Origin: Planctomycetota bacterium
Lineage (GTDB): Bacteria; Planctomycetota; Planctomycetia; Planctomycetales; Planctomycetaceae
Direction: 5' to 3'
Assembly: GCA_022600195.1 (NCBI GenBank)
Contig: JAHZKX010000068.1
Coordinates: 2,184 to 66,183 of the forward strand
DNA: 64,000 nt
A program made the position numbers and the translations under genes. Shown here piece by piece: positions 21,468-32,122 of the stretch. The number at the start of each line of letters is the position of its first letter. Position 1 is the first letter of the stretch. Under the pieces are notes generated by a model. The model had not been told where the DNA came from. It ran no database searches and worked only from the letters and a program-made list of their open reading frames with translations.

Positions 21468-21974
21468 ATGATCCGAGATTCTCAACCACCCAAAAAACAT
21501 CCCGAAGAAGCCGACCCTAAAGGCTTGAGGATTGAGAGAATCGCATTCGATGAAATCCATCCTGCGTTTCTCGATACACTGGATGAAACATCGGTTCCCA
21601 CAGTAACCGGTGTCAAGAAATTAGTTTATCTCTTTCTGGCTGCCCTGTGCTTTGTACTGGGAGCACTCGGTGTCGCATTGCCCGTGCTGCCAACAACTCC
21701 GTTTCTATTGTTAACCAGCTATTTTCTAATTAGAACCTCACCTCGATTAAATCGAGCATTGTTGCGTTCTCCGATTTTAGGACAAGTCTTAAAAGACTGG
21801 CAACAGGATGGTGGTATTCGGCTGAGTGTCAAGATCCAGGCCATCTCGATCGTCATTGCTGTCATTCTGGCGACGTTAATTTTCACACCGCTTTCTATGA
21901 CATTCAAGGTTGTCCTGGTAGTGCTTGCCAGTATTGGAATTCTGGTTATCGTACGACTGCCTCGCCTTAACTGA
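21468..21974 (+). CDS. ybaN: YbaN/DUF454 family inner membrane protein
   Basis: LGALGVALPVLPTTPFLLL...RTSPRL. Confidence 0.85.
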   Translation: MIRDSQPPKKHPEEADPKGLRIERIAFDEIHPAFLDTLDETSVPTVTGVKKLVYLFLAALCFVLGALGVALPVLPTTPFLLLTSYFLIRTSPRLNRALLRSPILGQVLKDWQQDGGIRLSVKIQAISIVIAVILATLIFTPLSMTFKVVLVVLASIGILVIVRLPRLN

Positions 21975-22174
21975 AGCTGGCAGGCCCGGTGAACTCTCCT
22001 TATCCAGTATTCAGTCAACTGGAATACTTTGCTCAGAGCTTGAGTTTTGTTAACTCGAAATGATTCCACAACAAATCAGGTGCATCCTCTGCCAGCTTTG
22101 ACTAGAATAAATCCTCTTCCCATGAGTTATCAATTTGAATTTCACATTGAATTACACGACAAGGAGTCCCTCCT

Positions 22175-23101
22175 ATGCAACGACGAGAATTCCTCAAAAG
22201 CGGTGCTATCGCAGGCAGTACCGCCTTGTTAGCAACGGCTGTGACACAAGCCACAGATGCCGACCAGAACAAAAAGCCATTCCATCTCAAATATGCCCCA
22301 CACTTTGGCATGTTTAAAAATGCAGCCGGTAAGGATCCGCTGGACCAGGTAAAATTTGCTGCTGACCAGGGTTTTACAGCCTGGGAAGACAATGGAATGA
22401 AAAAGAAACCCAAGGAACTCCAGCAGCAAATCGCTGATACCATGGAAAAGCTCAATATGGAGATGGGCGTGTTTGTGGCACACGGCTCGATTGGTAAGAC
22501 AACATTCGTGAAGAAAGATAAAGATGTCTGGAATAGCGTTTTAAAAGACATTCAGGAATCGGTCGAAGTCGCAAAGCGTGTCAATGCAAAATGGATGACA
22601 GTTGTTCCCGGAAATATCGATGAAGGGCCTCGCGCCCGTCTGGCAGAAGGATATCAAACTGCCAATGTGATCGAGTTACTCAGGCGCTGTGCGGATATCT
22701 TTGAACCGCACGGCATGGTTATGGTTCTCGAGCCCTTGAACTGGTATGCCAATCATGGAGGCACATTTTTACAAGGTTCGCCACAGGCGTATGCACTCTG
22801 TAAGGCGGTTAACAGTCCCTCCTGTAAAATCCTGTTTGACATTTATCACCAACAAATTACAGAAGGAAACTTAATTGTTAACATCGACAGTTGCTGGGAT
22901 GAAATTGGCTATTTCCAATCGGGCGATAATCCTGGTAGAAAAGAACCGGGAACCGGCGAGATCAATTACCTGAACGTATTCAAGCATATTCATTCCAAAG
23001 ACTTTGATGGTATCATTGGCATGGAACATGGAAATTCCAAACCTGGCCAGGAAGGTGATTTGGCCGTCATTGAAGCTTATAGAGAGGTTGACCAGTTTTA
23101 A
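22175..23101 (+). CDS. Tat-exported hydroxypyruvate isomerase / xylose isomerase-like TIM barrel protein
   Basis: QRREFLK Tat motif, LEPLN, FDIYHQQITEGN, DNPGRKEPGTGEINY, GMEH. Confidence 0.88.
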   Translation: MQRREFLKSGAIAGSTALLATAVTQATDADQNKKPFHLKYAPHFGMFKNAAGKDPLDQVKFAADQGFTAWEDNGMKKKPKELQQQIADTMEKLNMEMGVFVAHGSIGKTTFVKKDKDVWNSVLKDIQESVEVAKRVNAKWMTVVPGNIDEGPRARLAEGYQTANVIELLRRCADIFEPHGMVMVLEPLNWYANHGGTFLQGSPQAYALCKAVNSPSCKILFDIYHQQITEGNLIVNIDSCWDEIGYFQSGDNPGRKEPGTGEINYLNVFKHIHSKDFDGIIGMEHGNSKPGQEGDLAVIEAYREVDQF

Positions 23102-23102
23102 G

Positions 23103-23477
23103 ATGAATCAAAAAAAAGCAAAAAATGTACTCGGCACGGAACTCGAAGTCTGTTCCATGGATCCGGTCACTGGTTTTTATCGCGATGGATGCTGTAATAC
23201 CGGCGGCTCCGATATGGGTCTGCATACAGTTTGTACGGAAGTCACTGCAGAGTTTCTGGCATTTTCCAAACAACAGGGCAATGATCTGAGTACTCCACAC
23301 CCTCAGTATGAATTTCCCGGTTTACAACCGGGAGACCGCTGGTGCCTGTGCGTCGAACGCTGGAAGGAAGCTTTAGAAGCAGGTATGGCACCGCTTGTCA
23401 AACTGGAAGCCTGTCACATTTCGACCCTTGAATTTGTGGATCTGGAAGATCTTCAACAATACGCGGTCGAAGCTTAA
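23103..23477 (+). CDS. DUF2237 family protein
   Basis: NVLGTELEVCS, TGFYRDGCC, GNDLSTP, GLQPGDRWCLC. Start ATG 23103. Confidence 0.92.
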   Translation: MNQKKAKNVLGTELEVCSMDPVTGFYRDGCCNTGGSDMGLHTVCTEVTAEFLAFSKQQGNDLSTPHPQYEFPGLQPGDRWCLCVERWKEALEAGMAPLVKLEACHISTLEFVDLEDLQQYAVEA

Positions 23478-23493
23478 AGCAACGCGTGAAATC

Positions 23494-23535
23494 AAAAAAA
23501 CACGGAGCCTCAATTAATGGTGCTCCGTGTTTTTT
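23494..23535. terminator. Bidirectional intrinsic terminator
   Basis: A7-CACGGAGC-13 nt loop-GCTCCGTG-T6 between convergent genes. Confidence 0.85.
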
Positions 23536-23559
23536 AATATTAAAATTTGTACTACCCAA

Positions 23560-24765
23560 TTACTTCGCTTTCAACATGAAGATTTCACTGAATGAAGAAG
23601 TGAGAAACAGTTCGCCTTTTTGATCTGTGCCAAACGTCATCACTGGAATACTTGGTGATTCAATCACATGGTTGGCGGTCACTTTCTTCTTCTTGGCATC
23701 ATAATTCAACGCCCAGAATTTTCCGGATACATAATCTCCATAAATATAAAGCCCGTTGATCGCGGGAATTTTTTTACCTCGATACACAGATCCCCCGGTA
23801 ATAGATTTCCCTACATCATGATGATATTCCCAGATTGGTTCGATTAAATGTGGTCGAGGTTCCACCCCATTGGGACCAAAGGGGTGTTTTCCTTCCCGGA
23901 CGGACCAACCATAGTTTCCTCCCTTGACGATAATATCGATTTCTTCCCAAATCCCCTGCCCCACATCGCCGGCCCAGAGAACACCCGTTTTCGTGTCGAA
24001 GGCAATCCGCCAGGGGTTTCGCAGTCCATACGCCCAGATTTCCTTGCGGGCTGTCTTGATCTCAGCGCTTTTCCCTTCCAGAAAAGGGTTATCTTTGGGA
24101 ATCGCATAATTTAACCCCGGACTTTTATGATCGACATCAATACGACAGATCGTTCCCAAAACTGTCGAAAGATTCTGACCATTTTTGAAGACATCATTAC
24201 CGGCTCCCCCATCACCAAAGGCAATGTAAAGTTTTCCATCCGGGCCGAAGACAACTGTTCCTCCACCATGATTCCAGGCTGGTTGTTCAACACGCATCAG
24301 AACTTCTTCCGAATCAGCCAGTGCTCGATCGGGATTATCTTTTGACACTCGGAAGCGTGATATGACTGAGGTATTCACCGGTTTGTTCGGCGTACTGTAG
24401 TAGATGAAGAATTCGCCATTATTTTTATAATCCGGGTGAAAAGCAAAGCCCAGCAATCCTTCTTCATTCTGCTTGTCGTTGTAAATCACGCGGTCAGAGA
24501 TATCAAGAAACAGCTTTCCCTCTTCCAAATCTTCATCATCGGGAGTGTTGGGAACAATCCAGATTTTTCCCTTTTGGGAAGCAATAAACAGACGGTTCGA
24601 GTCATCGCCGGCATGTGTAATGACAATGGGACGATCAATTTTCAAGTAGGGAAAGACTTTGACCAGTTTCACCGGAGCGGGAGAAGTATCGACTTTCTCC
24701 GCAGCCGATAATTGCTGAGTCAGAACCAGAGTCACAATGAGCAGTAGAGTGGGAATCGTTTTCAT
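23560..24765 (-). CDS. PQQ-dependent sugar dehydrogenase (GSDH) family beta-propeller
   Basis: EEGLLGFAFHP, NHGGG..FGPDG, YGLRNPWR, GNYGW, SITGG. Confidence 0.9.
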   Translation of the reverse strand: MKTIPTLLLIVTLVLTQQLSAAEKVDTSPAPVKLVKVFPYLKIDRPIVITHAGDDSNRLFIASQKGKIWIVPNTPDDEDLEEGKLFLDISDRVIYNDKQNEEGLLGFAFHPDYKNNGEFFIYYSTPNKPVNTSVISRFRVSKDNPDRALADSEEVLMRVEQPAWNHGGGTVVFGPDGKLYIAFGDGGAGNDVFKNGQNLSTVLGTICRIDVDHKSPGLNYAIPKDNPFLEGKSAEIKTARKEIWAYGLRNPWRIAFDTKTGVLWAGDVGQGIWEEIDIIVKGGNYGWSVREGKHPFGPNGVEPRPHLIEPIWEYHHDVGKSITGGSVYRGKKIPAINGLYIYGDYVSGKFWALNYDAKKKKVTANHVIESPSIPVMTFGTDQKGELFLTSSFSEIFMLKAK

Positions 24766-24902
24766 AAGAAGTCTTCTTTAACATTGATTCAGATTTACAG
24801 ATAGAACAGACGATATACGCTAAGTATCAGGATAGAAAACAGACACTACAAACGCTACTGATCAACGAATCAACTTTGATGCCTTCGACAGAAAAAGACA
24901 AT

Positions 24903-26102
24903 TCACTTTTGTCGAATTAAGACAGGCCGACACCAGTTGACATGATCCTGAATATCCGCGTTTTTCCCGAAGTTCACTTTCAAAATCAGTTCCCGCGCAC
25001 CGCTGAGATCAATCCGCGGCACAAGAACCGTTTGTTGACTGGCTCCCTGAATGGCCTGCTGAAACACAATACGCTGGTCAACCAGAATCACGATTTCAGC
25101 ATCCCCTTTTCCCTGGGTGGTATCATCAATACCAACTTCTGTCTGAAATGCGGCATACTTTCCATCGAGCTGGTAGTGCAATTCAGAAGCGCTGTGCATT
25201 CCCAGCCCCGACACAAACTCTTTTCCACCGACTCTCAATGGCCCAGACAGAACATTCCTGTTTTGCTGCCAGTTCCATGCTTGAGAGAAATAAGGAGTAA
25301 ATTGATAATCAACCGGCTTGAGATCTGAAAGCGGAACAACCTGTCCTCCCAAAGGTGTAATGGAAACCAGACGCTTCAGACCAAAATGCAGTTCTGCACC
25401 AAACAAAGTTTTGGCAGTGATCTCATTCTTATCTAAAATAAGTGAAGAGACAGTCAATTGCGATCCGTTCGTCAGTCTTATTCGATAGCGTAACTGTTCG
25501 GGTTGTGGAAAATTGATCAACTCAGGGTTAATCGTAAAGAACCGAATTCCCTTTCGCGGGACCGAAGTTTCCCCACCTCTCGATTCAAAACGAAAAGTAC
25601 TCGCATCGAAGCCTAACAATTCCCCTTCCAGATTGTCGCCGTTGTTTAAAAAAAAGAGATCTGATTTCTGATCCTTTCTTGCGATTTTTTGAATGAGTTC
25701 TGTTCTCAGCTGGCGATTCGATGGCCATTGAAAACTGGCAGCCTGTATCGTTTCCAACGGAATTTTGAACCCCCCCGTTTCCGGACAGGAATTCAGACGC
25801 ACAAAGACAACGTCTTCCTCAGAACGGAGTAACTCCGCAAAAATACGATCATCGTTCGCCAGAATCACCAAACCTTCACGTGGTTGGGAGTGCAATAATT
25901 TTCCTGACTCGACACGAATTATTTCATCAGCAGGAAAAGTGCGCTTGCCGGAATCTGTCTGAAGCGTAAACTGATTCTGTTCAATTTGAATCAGCTTCCC
26001 CTGCACAACCTCGCCATCTGCAAGATAGAGCTCTGCCGCATTGATGAAATCATTCCAGGCGCTGAAACTGAAAATCAGACCGATGATCACTGTAAATCGC
26101 AT
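24903..26102 (-). CDS. Secreted NPCBM/NEW2 domain protein
   Basis: Signal peptide; C-terminal GLGMHS...FQTEVGIDD...LILKV..G..ADIQDHVNW. Confidence 0.8.
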   Translation of the reverse strand: MRFTVIIGLIFSFSAWNDFINAAELYLADGEVVQGKLIQIEQNQFTLQTDSGKRTFPADEIIRVESGKLLHSQPREGLVILANDDRIFAELLRSEEDVVFVRLNSCPETGGFKIPLETIQAASFQWPSNRQLRTELIQKIARKDQKSDLFFLNNGDNLEGELLGFDASTFRFESRGGETSVPRKGIRFFTINPELINFPQPEQLRYRIRLTNGSQLTVSSLILDKNEITAKTLFGAELHFGLKRLVSITPLGGQVVPLSDLKPVDYQFTPYFSQAWNWQQNRNVLSGPLRVGGKEFVSGLGMHSASELHYQLDGKYAAFQTEVGIDDTTQGKGDAEIVILVDQRIVFQQAIQGASQQTVLVPRIDLSGARELILKVNFGKNADIQDHVNWCRPVLIRQK

Positions 26103-26158
26103 GAGACACCTTGCAACGAAACTTCAAACATAATGAAACTTCAAACGATGAGAAAAAC

Positions 26159-27265
26159 TTAACGCTGAAAGATGGGAATATTATTGCGAGGAATTTGCAA
26201 AACGATACAGGCCATTGCCGTGCTATACTCGACACAGTTCGAGCTGTCGGGCCTCCAGCTGCCGCTGGTCATTTGACTGGAAACCAATTCATCCCGGATC
26301 GCGGGATACCAGCTTTCCCAATATTCAGCGCCGGCCTGCCACATAGCCTGGACTGCATAATATTGTCCGTAATAATAATGACTGCCACGAAAGTAACGCT
26401 GATTAGGCAGGTGGCGAGCAATGTAAGCAAGCCCGTCCTCGATTTCCTTTCCTTCATAAATCCCAGCGCTATATAAGGCAACGACACCCGCGGCTGACCT
26501 GGGAAATTCGCTTTTTCCCTGCCGAACAATTTGATACCGAAATCCACCATCCGCGTTCTGGCTATTCTTCACGTATTCAATACAACGGTCGATGACCTCT
26601 TTGGAAACAAAAATCCCACAATTCCGTGCTGCTCTGAGGGCCATAATCTGGCAGACGGTCACCGAGAGGTCGGCATCTTTACTCTCTGGTGTATACCGCC
26701 AGCCCCCTTTGGCGTTTTGTGACTTCACGATCATCTCAACCGCTTTTTCCAGCTTCGCTCGTACGTCCTTGCTACGCGTCATCCCATAAACTTCGGCAAG
26801 AAATAATGTTGCAAAACCATGTCCGTACATAGGACCATGAGAAATGCTCTCTGGTGCTATGATATACCCCGATGGTTTGCAGGAAGCGAGAATAAAATCT
26901 ACTGTCTTTTGTACCTGCTTTCCATACTTTCCTCTGCCTGGTGTATTTCCATCCGCTAGAAATGCCATCCCACATAAAGCAGTCACGGCCACATTTTGAT
27001 TGAAAGTGGATCCGGAGCCAAACGAGCCATCTGCGTGCTGTCTTTCTGCAAGATACTTGAGTCCACGGTCAACGGCAATGCGCGTGGGAGGCGTATAGTA
27101 TTTTTTACCTTGCGCATCGACAGCACGGTTGACTTCCCCCTGTGCCAGAAGAGAAGAACTCATCATGCCAGACATCAGCATCAAAACCAGAAGTGCGCTC
27201 TGCAAAGCGCGACTGAAAGCCTGAACCGGATTTGATTGGAACAATAGATATCTCAAAATAGCCAC
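26159..27265 (-). CDS. Prenyltransferase/squalene oxidase repeat (alpha/alpha barrel) protein
   Basis: QW-like repeats QHADGSF, QNAKGGW, QNADGGF, QMTSGSW; MYGHGFATL; DLSVT. Confidence 0.85.
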   Translation of the reverse strand: MAILRYLLFQSNPVQAFSRALQSALLVLMLMSGMMSSSLLAQGEVNRAVDAQGKKYYTPPTRIAVDRGLKYLAERQHADGSFGSGSTFNQNVAVTALCGMAFLADGNTPGRGKYGKQVQKTVDFILASCKPSGYIIAPESISHGPMYGHGFATLFLAEVYGMTRSKDVRAKLEKAVEMIVKSQNAKGGWRYTPESKDADLSVTVCQIMALRAARNCGIFVSKEVIDRCIEYVKNSQNADGGFRYQIVRQGKSEFPRSAAGVVALYSAGIYEGKEIEDGLAYIARHLPNQRYFRGSHYYYGQYYAVQAMWQAGAEYWESWYPAIRDELVSSQMTSGSWRPDSSNCVEYSTAMACIVLQIPRNNIPIFQR

Positions 27266-27365
27266 TTACCCTGAATAGAGTAGATTAGATCTCTACCTTG
27301 CATTGTACGTGATGTGCAGGTAATGGAAAGCTGTAGGATGGAAAAATTGCTTCCAGCCAACACGA

Positions 27366-27725
27366 TCAGGGCCGAATCACTTCAGGGTATTTTGACTTAC
27401 CACCCGATAATTTCGGTACGGGATGCAAGGTTTGTCCCGGTCTTGGTTTTAAAAAAGGACGAACTCGAATGGATTGCTCAACCGCTAATCGCGACTCGGT
27501 CCGCTGGGTTCCAAATTCGCGGGGACGCACTACCCCGGGTCCTAAAGCACTGGATGGCAGCGGATCTTCCAACTCCATCATTTTCTTTTCTTCGATTTTC
27601 TGCCCGCGTGTCATGGCTTGACGTCCCGGAAAAACACGGGGGATCCGCGTATTGTAGGCATTAAAGCACCCCGAGCAAACAGGGACCAATAATGCGAGCA
27701 GGATCAATCGAAACAGAAGATTCAT
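27366..27725 (-). CDS. Hypothetical lipoprotein
   Basis: Hydrophobic N terminus with lipobox CSGC; co-oriented upstream of the prenyltransferase-like gene. Confidence 0.6.
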   Translation of the reverse strand: MNLLFRLILLALLVPVCSGCFNAYNTRIPRVFPGRQAMTRGQKIEEKKMMELEDPLPSSALGPGVVRPREFGTQRTESRLAVEQSIRVRPFLKPRPGQTLHPVPKLSGGKSKYPEVIRP

Positions 27726-28074
27726 GAACAGCTATACTCAGCTTGAAATAACGACCTGGCACCACATTCTGAAGAAGATCAGACCAGATTCTGTAATAAG
27801 CCGCGGACCTTAACAGATTACCTGTTCAGCGAACAGATTGATTTTTCATCGAGCCGAAAAAGAAACAATGCTTTAACCCCCTCGTATTTCAGAGCTTAGG
27901 CCTCTACAATGTCTCTAATTCTTTCTGGAAACAGGAAAACAGAGGTTTTCAGAGGGTATCAATGTCCTGACGCTGGAAGTAAAGCGGTTTTCATAATAGC
28001 ATCCTGACTTAGCGAGACCATTTGCTGCTCCATCCGGAATTTGTATTGAAATTGTAAGGATTATTTCAAATCTT

Positions 28075-28890
28075 ATGTCAACTCCTCCAAAAGTTTGTGT
28101 CCTGCGGGCTCCTGGAACCAACTGCGATATCGAAACCGCACATGCATTTGATCTCTGTGGAGCCCAGTCCACCAGAATTCATCTTCTGAAATTATTGGAA
28201 AGCCCAGAACAACTGAATGACTATCAGATTCTCTGCCTGCCCGGCGGTTTCAGTTACGGTGATGATGTGGGAGCAGGCGTGATTTTTGCCAGCCATCTAC
28301 AAGGACAACTCGCCGATGTGATTGGAAATTTCCTGGCTGCTGATAAGTTGGTATTGGGAATTTGTAACGGATTTCAGGTGCTTCTCAAAGCAGGAATTCT
28401 CCCCGGTGGTGCCACAGGCTGGCCTCCAAAACCAGATCAAAGTCGAGATGCCACATTGACGTGGAATACCAATGGGAAATACACATCACTCTGGGTACGA
28501 CTGGGAGTACTTGCTCCACAAAATGTGTTCTTGAAAGAGATAAACCAGATTGAACTACCGATCGCACATGCTGAGGGTCGGATTGCAGTGAGTGATGCAA
28601 CGGTGATTGATGGTTGGAAAGCGAATCAACAAATCGCCATGTGTTATCGTGAAGACGATGAAGCAGTAACGACTCTTCAGGAAGAAATCCTGGACTATCC
28701 GATGAACCCTAACGGCTCTGCTTATAACATCGCTGCCCTGGGTGATCCTTCTGGACGCGTGCTCGGCCTGATGCCTCACCCCGAGCGTTTTCTGTTTGCC
28801 ACACAACACCCACAATGGACGCGTTTGGGATTAGAAGGTGAAGGCGCCGGCATACAAATCTTCCGGAACGCCGTCAATTATTTCAAATAG
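28075..28890 (+). CDS. purQ: Phosphoribosylformylglycinamidine synthase subunit PurQ
   Basis: APGTNCD, PGGFSYGDD, LGICNGFQ, IAHAEG, GLMPHPER. Confidence 0.93.
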   Translation: MSTPPKVCVLRAPGTNCDIETAHAFDLCGAQSTRIHLLKLLESPEQLNDYQILCLPGGFSYGDDVGAGVIFASHLQGQLADVIGNFLAADKLVLGICNGFQVLLKAGILPGGATGWPPKPDQSRDATLTWNTNGKYTSLWVRLGVLAPQNVFLKEINQIELPIAHAEGRIAVSDATVIDGWKANQQIAMCYREDDEAVTTLQEEILDYPMNPNGSAYNIAALGDPSGRVLGLMPHPERFLFATQHPQWTRLGLEGEGAGIQIFRNAVNYFK

Positions 28891-28920
28891 AAACATCAAG
28901 CAGCGTCCCTTCAACAAGAA

Positions 28921-28960
28921 AAGGCCCATCTGTCAAAACGACAAATGGGCCTTATTTTTT
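28921..28960. terminator. Intrinsic terminator between convergent purQ and oxidoreductase genes
   Basis: AAGGCCCAT...ATGGGCCTT stem followed by a T tract and preceded by an A tract. Confidence 0.8.
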
Positions 28961-28981
28961 GAACTGTTTCAACAACGAATT

Positions 28982-30439
28982 TTAGAGTTTCGCTGTTGAT
29001 GGAACCGCAAACGGCTCACGATACTCGCGTGAGAGTTTGGGATTGGCAGTCGAAGCCATTCCACCGGTGAAGACTTCTGTCTTGCTGTCCAGTGATAACT
29101 TTGGTCCCATACTGATCGCTGTACTCTCTGCATCAATTTTATTATTTTTCAGATGGTCACGGAAACGACCGAGTGTTTCCAGAGCTTCTGCATCTCCTGA
29201 CAACTTGGCATTCAAATCCTGAACGGGCATTTGTTCGCCAAGTTCATAAGAAATGTTACCCAGATGACAAAGTGCACTGGAGATGTGGCCTTCTTCGATA
29301 TCTGCATTCAAATCGCTAATATTTCGACTGCGAACTGCATCCACGAAGTTGGCAAAGTGATCTGCTGAACCAGAAAACTTCTTGATCAGTTTTCCATCAT
29401 TATCGAATGCAGAAGCACTATTGTAGCTGGGAATGACCACATAACCTTTGGAACCGTAGAAGATCACTCCTACTTTAGCGCCCCGATAGGCTTCTGTTTC
29501 CAAACCACGCACTTCAAACACCAGACGCTTATCACCAAACTGGTGAATGCTGACCTGCGTATTGGCGACATCACCCGCATCAACATAACCCAGTCGACCA
29601 CCATAGGCTTGAACGCTGTCACCAACATTATCAACGCCTAAGCCCCAACGAGCCACATCCATCTGATGGATGCCCTGGTTCCCCAGGTCCCCGTTACCCG
29701 TAGGTGTTTGCCAATGCCAGTCGTAATGGAAACGTGAACGAGTCAACGGTGCCATCGGTGCAGGTCCGAGCCAGAGATCGTAATCAACGCTGGCGGGCAC
29801 ATCGTAGTTCCCTTTGGGACCAATTGACTTTCGTCGTTTGTAACAGGTACCACGGGCCAGTTTCACTTCACCAATGCCACCTGCTTTGATAAAGGCAATC
29901 GCATCGATCAGACCGGGTTGAGAACGGCACTGTGTTCCTGTTTGAACAATTTTCTTGTACTTGCGAGCGGCTTCGACTATGCGTCGTCCTTCACTCACAT
30001 TATGACTTACCGGTTTTTCGCAATAAACATCTTTACCAGCCTGAATCGCCCAGATGGCACCCAAAGCGTGCCAATGGTTGGGAGTCGCAATACTGACGAC
30101 ATCGATTTTCTGATCGTCGAATGCTTTTCGCAGGTCTTTATAATAGGCAGGTTTCTTATTTGTCTTTTTGTAAACGTTTCCGACACCCTTTTTCATCCCG
30201 ACGCTTTCATCAGGATCGACAATTGCTACAACTTCTGTATCTTTTCGACCAGTGAAGGCACTCAGGTGAGATTGACCACGGCCATTCACACCCAGTAAGG
30301 CAACACGCAACTTTTCATTTGGACTGCTGGACTGTTTTTCCGCAGCAGAGAGATGAGGAACAGAAGCGCCCAGAGCGGCCGCACTGGCTGCTGCAAACAT
30401 CGATTGTTCAAGAAATTCGCGACGTGAATGTTGAGACAT
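28982..30439 (-). CDS. Tat-exported Gfo/Idh/MocA family oxidoreductase
   Basis: SRREFL Tat motif, GVNGRG, ATPNHWH, YCEKP, GDLGNQGIH. Probable start ATG 30439. Confidence 0.92.
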   Translation of the reverse strand: MSQHSRREFLEQSMFAAASAAALGASVPHLSAAEKQSSSPNEKLRVALLGVNGRGQSHLSAFTGRKDTEVVAIVDPDESVGMKKGVGNVYKKTNKKPAYYKDLRKAFDDQKIDVVSIATPNHWHALGAIWAIQAGKDVYCEKPVSHNVSEGRRIVEAARKYKKIVQTGTQCRSQPGLIDAIAFIKAGGIGEVKLARGTCYKRRKSIGPKGNYDVPASVDYDLWLGPAPMAPLTRSRFHYDWHWQTPTGNGDLGNQGIHQMDVARWGLGVDNVGDSVQAYGGRLGYVDAGDVANTQVSIHQFGDKRLVFEVRGLETEAYRGAKVGVIFYGSKGYVVIPSYNSASAFDNDGKLIKKFSGSADHFANFVDAVRSRNISDLNADIEEGHISSALCHLGNISYELGEQMPVQDLNAKLSGDAEALETLGRFRDHLKNNKIDAESTAISMGPKLSLDSKTEVFTGGMASTANPKLSREYREPFAVPSTAKL

Positions 30440-30734
30440 CTTCTTTTTTCTCCTCAATGGAATGTCAATGGAAGGATTGCACTGTGCACTATCGGGTGGG
30501 ATCGCAGAAAAGCCCTGCAAATTGATGAATGAGTAGTCAGATCCTTCAACGACTACAAATTTGCAGTTTGACTTTGCCAAACGGTCATTATTAGTAAGCT
30601 CTCTTTGTCAAAGTCTAACCGATAAAAGGACGGATATTCAAGGTTGAACCTGAAATCAGCAACAATTCAGGTGTATTTTACTCTGGAATCGCTTTCGGTT
30701 TCGCAACTCATGAAATCCGCATTTCTGTCACTCT

Positions 30735-31448
30735 CTACGGCTTTTTCGTAGAAAGTAATGGTAGAAAACTTTCCAATCCGACTTCTTCCCGACTGGCAAA
30801 AGGTTCACCATAACCACGATGAATCGTCCAACCCCAATAGCGTGCCCGGTCTTTGATATCATCTAAAACCGTGGGATGTTCAGTCGATTTACCTGTAAGC
30901 ATCTGGCTTTCATAACAACGAATGGCCTGCATTTTCAGGTCGATCTGGTCAGAAATATCGAAAACGAAGCTTGGTTTAGGGTGGTTTCGCAGATGAATGC
31001 TCCAGAAATAATAAATCTGTGGAGGCCAATATGGTTCGCCAGGCATATCGGTTTTGCTGAGTTTGGCCCAAAATCGAGCCGCATCCGTCAGATGACTGGC
31101 AGCCACATGATCGGGATGAACATCTTCCCAATAGGGGGCCAAAATAATTTTGGGTCGTTGAAGTCGGAATACCACTGCCAACTCCCGTCGTGCATCCAAA
31201 CTGGATTCCAGGCTCCGATTCTTCAATCCCAAAGATTGACGCCAATCCAGATCCAATACTTCCGTGGCAGCAGCCGTCTCTTTAACTCGGATTTCCGGAC
31301 TGCCGTAAGGCGTTGGTTCACCGTTGGTTAATTCTATGACTCCTACACGGAGCCCCTGCTGTTTACAGGCCAGTATGGTCCCTCCAATACTGATCTCAGC
31401 ATCATCGGGATGAGGTGCTACTATAAGTATATCTAAATCAGAATCCAC
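30735..31448 (-). CDS. bshB1: PIG-L family deacetylase, BshB1-like
   Basis: APHPDDAE, HPDH, DLKMQAIRCYESQ, YGEPF. Confidence 0.75.
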   Translation of the reverse strand: MDSDLDILIVAPHPDDAEISIGGTILACKQQGLRVGVIELTNGEPTPYGSPEIRVKETAAATEVLDLDWRQSLGLKNRSLESSLDARRELAVVFRLQRPKIILAPYWEDVHPDHVAASHLTDAARFWAKLSKTDMPGEPYWPPQIYYFWSIHLRNHPKPSFVFDISDQIDLKMQAIRCYESQMLTGKSTEHPTVLDDIKDRARYWGWTIHRGYGEPFASREEVGLESFLPLLSTKKP

Positions 31449-31664
31449 GTGATCTCCCTAAAATGATCGGATGAAACGTTCCCGTGTGAAGTCTCCCCAA
31501 AAAGGGGTAGACTCAAAATACAAAATCATTAGAATGCCCGCACTCTTCTCTCACAGGGATCCAACTCCCTATTCACACCTCATTTCTATATTGTTGACCA
31601 TCAATCTTAACGGATGAAGATCTTTTTGTCCTCATCTGGAGCAGATTGTATGGAGGAACGACTC

Positions 31665-31958
31665 ATGAAATCGTTTATTTTAGCGTGTATCGCCCTCTCT
31701 CCGGCTTTATTATTTACATCGGGTTGCGCATCGATCATCGATCCCATTTCAGAACTTAATCGGGAAACGATGCGAGTGTTCAAGCCCAAAGCCTTCGATA
31801 CCGACTGGAGTGGTGAGGACGAAATCGATCAGTGGAGTTCGGTTGGCGATGAAGCGCGCGGCGATCGTCCCAAAGAAAAAGATCCTGACCCCTGGTGGCA
31901 ACAATACATTATGAGTTCCAAGGCCCGGAATATCGAACGTAATCTGGGAATTGAATAA
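31665..31958 (+). CDS. Small hypothetical lipoprotein
   Basis: GGAGG RBS, start ATG 31665, lipobox TSGC. Confidence 0.65.
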   Translation: MKSFILACIALSPALLFTSGCASIIDPISELNRETMRVFKPKAFDTDWSGEDEIDQWSSVGDEARGDRPKEKDPDPWWQQYIMSSKARNIERNLGIE

Positions 31959-32122
31959 AACCCGGATTTCAGCGAATTTTGTTTACCAGGCCTGACTCTC
32001 CAACGCGACATTTTCTTGCATCTGCTTGCTCAGGTAGTTAAGATAAACGGTGGTGCTTGCGCCACTTAAGCTGTTTTAACTTACCTGCTGCCTGTTTCAA
32101 AACAGACAGCTACCCTCGGTTT

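Noticed and set aside
28075-28890. purQ without adjacent purL or purS
   Set aside because: Scattered pur genes are ordinary in lineages with weak operon structure.
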